Assembly (NCBI GenBank): GCA_050575255.1
Contig: JBNZDD010013622.1
Location: forward strand, 516,119-580,118
Direction of reading: 5' to 3'
DNA length: 64,000 nt
Source of the DNA: Harriotta raleighana
Lineage: Eukaryota
Part shown: positions 60,501 to 64,000 of the stretch, piece by piece
How the letters are laid out: each line of letters begins with the position of its first letter
How positions within the stretch are numbered: the first letter of the stretch is position 1
Notes under the pieces: generated by a model
Told to the model about the DNA's origin: nothing
What the model saw: only the letters and a program-made list of their open reading frames with translations
Databases searched by the model: none
Position numbers and translations under genes: made by a program

Positions 60501-63500
60501 GCGCTTCCGCTCAGCATCATGCGTGTGTGTGTGAGCGCAGACACGCCTGGGAGCGCGGAAGCGTGAGCGTATGCACGACTATATTGCACGCCTGTGTGTT
60601 CGACTGGAAACCTTTCACTGCCAAGTCCAGTGCCTGGGCTGTGAAAAGTACTGTATGCGTGTAATTTGTTGTTGTTCACAAGAGAGCTATGAATGAGTGT
60701 TTACAGGAATAATTAGANCGCTCAGCATCATGCGTGTGTGTGAGCGCAGACACGTCTGGGAGCGCGGAAGCGTGAGCGTATGCACGACTATATTGCACGC
60801 CTATGTGTTCGACTGGAAACCTTTCACTGCCAAGTCCAGTGCCTGGGCTGTGAAAAGTACTGTATGCGTGTAATTTGTTGTTGTTCACAAGAGAGCTATG
60901 AATGAGTGTTTACGGGAATAATTAGAAACACCTTTGCTGTATTGTACATAGGGGTTGGGGTGTGGGGGGAAGGAGACCTGGAATGATATGGGGAGGCCAT
61001 GATGACTACGATATTAATAATCTTTGCATTTGATATATCACTTTTCATGTCTTCAAGACATCTCAAAGTGCTCCACTGCAAAGTGAATTGACTGTAAATA
61101 TGTAGGTGAAATGCGGCAGCCAATTGCACACAGCAGTGTCCCACAAACAATTGTGGATCGAAATGACCAATTTATTATTTTTTTTGGAGTGATTTTTATC
61201 AGGCATGTGGAGTAAAGAAACTTGCCCAAGGTTTTGCCCTGACCCATCGGGAATTGAACCCAGGTCTCTCACTTGCAAGGCGAGTGCTCTTACCCCTGAG
61301 CTTCAGGACACCCAAGATGGTGTTGATCGTTTCAGTGGGAAGAGTGTTGTAATGGGGTGAGGGGGAAGGGTTGGGGTGTCATCTCTTGTCACGGGTGGCT
61401 GTGAGAGAGACGGAGACAGTGACGTTTCCTCTGGCTGCCCCTCACTCAGGAAGCGTCTGCAGGTGCTGGAGGAGGTGTGGCGGGAGAGGGAAGCCAGGCT
61501 CCAGCAGGAGAACCGGGAGCTTGCCAGCCTGCACGTGTCCCGGCAACATAGCGTGGATCAGGAGAGATCCCAGCTGATCGCTCAGCACCAGCGCAGGTTC
61601 ACAGAGTCCGAGGAGGAGAAAGCCAGGGAGATGGAGCGGATCAGGGATCTCCAGCGGTGAGACGGTCAATAAATAATCCTTATATTTGATACAAACTCAG
61701 NNNNNNNNNNNNNNNNNNNNNNNNNNNNNNNNNNNNNNNNNNNNNNNNNNNNNNNNNNNNNNNNNNNNNNNNNNNNNNNNNNTTCTACCTAGTGCAGACA
61801 GACATAATCCCAGGCCATCGCTAACCCACGAGGCGCGAGAAAGAGAAGGGGGAACCGTCTTTTAACTGAGCGAGTCGCAGAGCTGGGTTTCGATCACGAG
61901 TTTTAACGAGTGTTGACTTTTGAGCCCAGGCAGTCGATCGCTGAAATGCGGAGAGACCACGAGGAGCAGCTGGAGCGGGTGAGGCGTCTGAAGGAACAGG
62001 AGATCGACGCGGTGACCAGTGCCACCTCTCACACCAGGTAACTGCCGTCCCCTCACAGAGAGGGCAGTCCCACTGTTGGCTAGAGCTACGAGGAGGCAGT
62101 TGAGAACTGAGGTGTCAATGTGTTAATGATCCTCTGTCCTTCATCAAACATTGGGAGCCTTTGGGTCTGCGTGGAGTACTGGAAAAGTTCCATTCCCACC
62201 CTCTCTCTGCCGCAGGTCTCTCAATGGTGTGATCGAGCAGATGGAAGCCTTCTCCAGGAAGATGAACGATCTCTCCAGTAAAGTGGAGAACACTCATCGC
62301 AACACCTCGCAGGAGATAGAGTTCCACTCACGCCAGAGAGAAGCACAACATCGAGGTACCTATAAAACACTGCACACAAACGGGGTATCTCTGTCTGTCA
62401 CACCCTCCTCCCCTCCCTCCCTCCCTCTTTCGTTCCATCCATCAATCCATCCATTCCTCCATCCATCCCTGCACTCCTCACCACCAGGTGCACACGACAC
62501 TCTGTGGTGGGAGAGTGATCCTACATGTAATCTATGTTAGCTGGAGTCAGTCAGTGGTGATCAGCAATGAGCTGAAGCCTGTGTTTGCTGAGGTCTTGAC
62601 AGTCCCCCCTGCTCTCAGCCCAGCAGGAGCAGCTTCAGGGACAGCAGAGAGACCTGGAGGAGGAGCGAGCGCGACTGCAGGAGGTTATCACCAAGATGGA
62701 GATCAGACTGAATGAACAGACGCGGCTTCTGGAGAAGGTGAGGACCTGAGAGCGGGAGGAACAGAAATGGGGGCCTGGCTGGCAGCCAGAGTAGAGAGAG
62801 ACTGGGAGCTAGTGCCAGGCACTTGGGCACTCGCCTCGCATGCGAAAGGACTTGCGTTTGATTGCCGGGCTGGGCGAAATGTTGGGCAAGGTTCCTTACT
62901 CCACACACACGCCTCAGTTTACCCTCGCAGTAAGTCAATTAGTGGATCTACCTGCTGTAGGTCGATTGGCGGATCGCTCTCCCGGGGATCATAATCCAAT
63001 GGGACATCGATTGAACTGAATGGCCTCCTACTGTGCTGTGGATGTCTTATGTTTCTAACTCTGCCCGAAAGATCAACGCAAGTAGTAATTGTTGTTGGGA
63101 AGAGGCTGGGTTGGTGGCTCTCAAGGCTCAGTGTGTTCTGTGATCCTCACCAGGAACGCTGGAGAGCAGCGGCAGAACAAACCAAGGTGGAGTCCCTGCA
63201 GCGATCACTCGCTGAGGAGAGGAGGATTATGAGCCAGCATTTCGCCATCGAGAGAGAGGAGCTGGAGAGGGCCAAGGTAAGAGGAGCTGACTCGACAACT
63301 CACTGGGAATAACTGATGGGTTCATGTGTGTATGTGTGTCAGACACCTGGCTCATTACAGTCACGGGTTTCCGTGTACAAATGTCCGACTTGCTATTGAA
63401 AGCATTGCCCAGCCAAACCACTCCCTGCTTGTCCAGCTAGGACCACCCGACTTGTCAGGGCTTCGGTTCGCAGGCGCTGGTTACGTGGCAAAGGGATGTC

Positions 63501-63973
63501 GGAATCAAGTCAATCCTCTCGACGGTCTCTCTTCCGGATCCGGAGCCAGACAGGTCCGCAGTGTTCCAAGGCATCGTGGACGACAGCCCAGTCCAGCCTG
63601 ACTCGGGTAGAAATCCCATCCTTTAATGTCATTAGCTCAAACTTCAGCCGATCCTCAAGGAATACCATCATTTACCCCGAGTACTGTGGGGATGGGAAAT
63701 AAAAGCTAGCAAAAAACATCTGGGTCACCCCAGCCCAGTTGGGGGTGTGGCTGTGGGCTTGACGTTGCTGCTCTGGTTGCCCGGCAGAGCGCCCTGCTGG
63801 AGGAGCAGCAGTCTGTGCTGCAGCGCTGTGCGGAGGAGCGGCGTCAGCTGGCCACCGAGTGGGCAGAGTATCACACACAGCACAAAGTGAGGCAGGAGAG
63901 GGCGGAGCAGGACTCGCGGCAGGCCCTGCAGCTCAGCGCCCAGCGGGAAGGCACCATCTTCGGCCTGGCTAAG
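51552..63973 (+). CDS. FBF1: Fas-binding factor 1 (centriolar distal appendage / transition fibre protein), 3'-partial
   Basis: Exons: ATG 51552-51554 (tentative), 52451-52478, 52842-52883, 53121-53196, 53557-53617, 54543-54593, 55055-55181, 55762-55839, 55983-56108, 56405-56552, 57123-57256, 57835-57940, 58235-58741, 58889-58984, 59593-59776, 60386-60486, 61450-61656, 61930-62037, 62216-62355, 62619-62737, 63154-63276, 63788-63973. Peptides [48 protein letters not shown] and [16 protein letters not shown] are FBF1-like; adjacent to ACOX1 as in human. Confidence 0.9.
53760..54370 (+). mobile_element. L2-clade LINE 3' end
   Basis: [23 protein letters not shown]...[12 protein letters not shown]...[14 protein letters not shown] and, after a frameshift, [14 protein letters not shown]...[10 protein letters not shown]; (GTT)n tail. 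Confidence 0.88.
59203..59510 (-). mobile_element. tRNA-derived SINE, near full length
   Basis: Same family, minus strand. Confidence 0.85.
61015..61312 (-). mobile_element. tRNA-derived SINE, near full length
   Basis: Same family, minus strand. Confidence 0.8.
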
Positions 63974-64000
63974 GTAAGCGAGCAGCAGGCCTCGCGCTGT

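Noticed and set aside
60061-60926. Two further tandem duplications (about 80 bp and 210 bp)
   Set aside because: Each is joined by a single N (60142, 60718) and differs only by allele-like changes; assembly artefact.

Overview
Vertebrate genomic DNA, not prokaryotic. The repeat content (tRNA-derived SINEs with an L2-like tail, L2 and CR1 LINE 3' ends) and compact introns suggest a cartilaginous fish such as elephant shark; this is inference. Four spliced genes lie on the + strand: envoplakin (EVPL, 20 exons here, 5' end outside the window), complete peroxisomal acyl-CoA oxidase 1 (ACOX1, with two mutually exclusive exon-3 variants and a C-terminal SKL), a complete class IB PI3K catalytic subunit (PIK3CG/p110-gamma-like, about 1107 aa), and the 5' part of FBF1. 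A frameshifted histone H2B-like pseudogene sits head-to-head with ACOX1. Highlights: (1) two colinear, partly overlapping long-range RNA duplexes around ACOX1 exons 3a/3b that look like a competing-structure switch for mutually exclusive splicing; (2) a PIK3CG-type gene inside the EVPL-ACOX1-FBF1 block, where human has none; (3) a diverged, intron-containing copy of kinase exons 9-10 inserted into a repeat inside the same gene; (4) an 18-bp hairpin overlapping a CTCF-consensus site downstream of the ACOX1 stop. Several duplications joined by a single N are probably assembly artefacts. All exon coordinates and pairings were read by eye.
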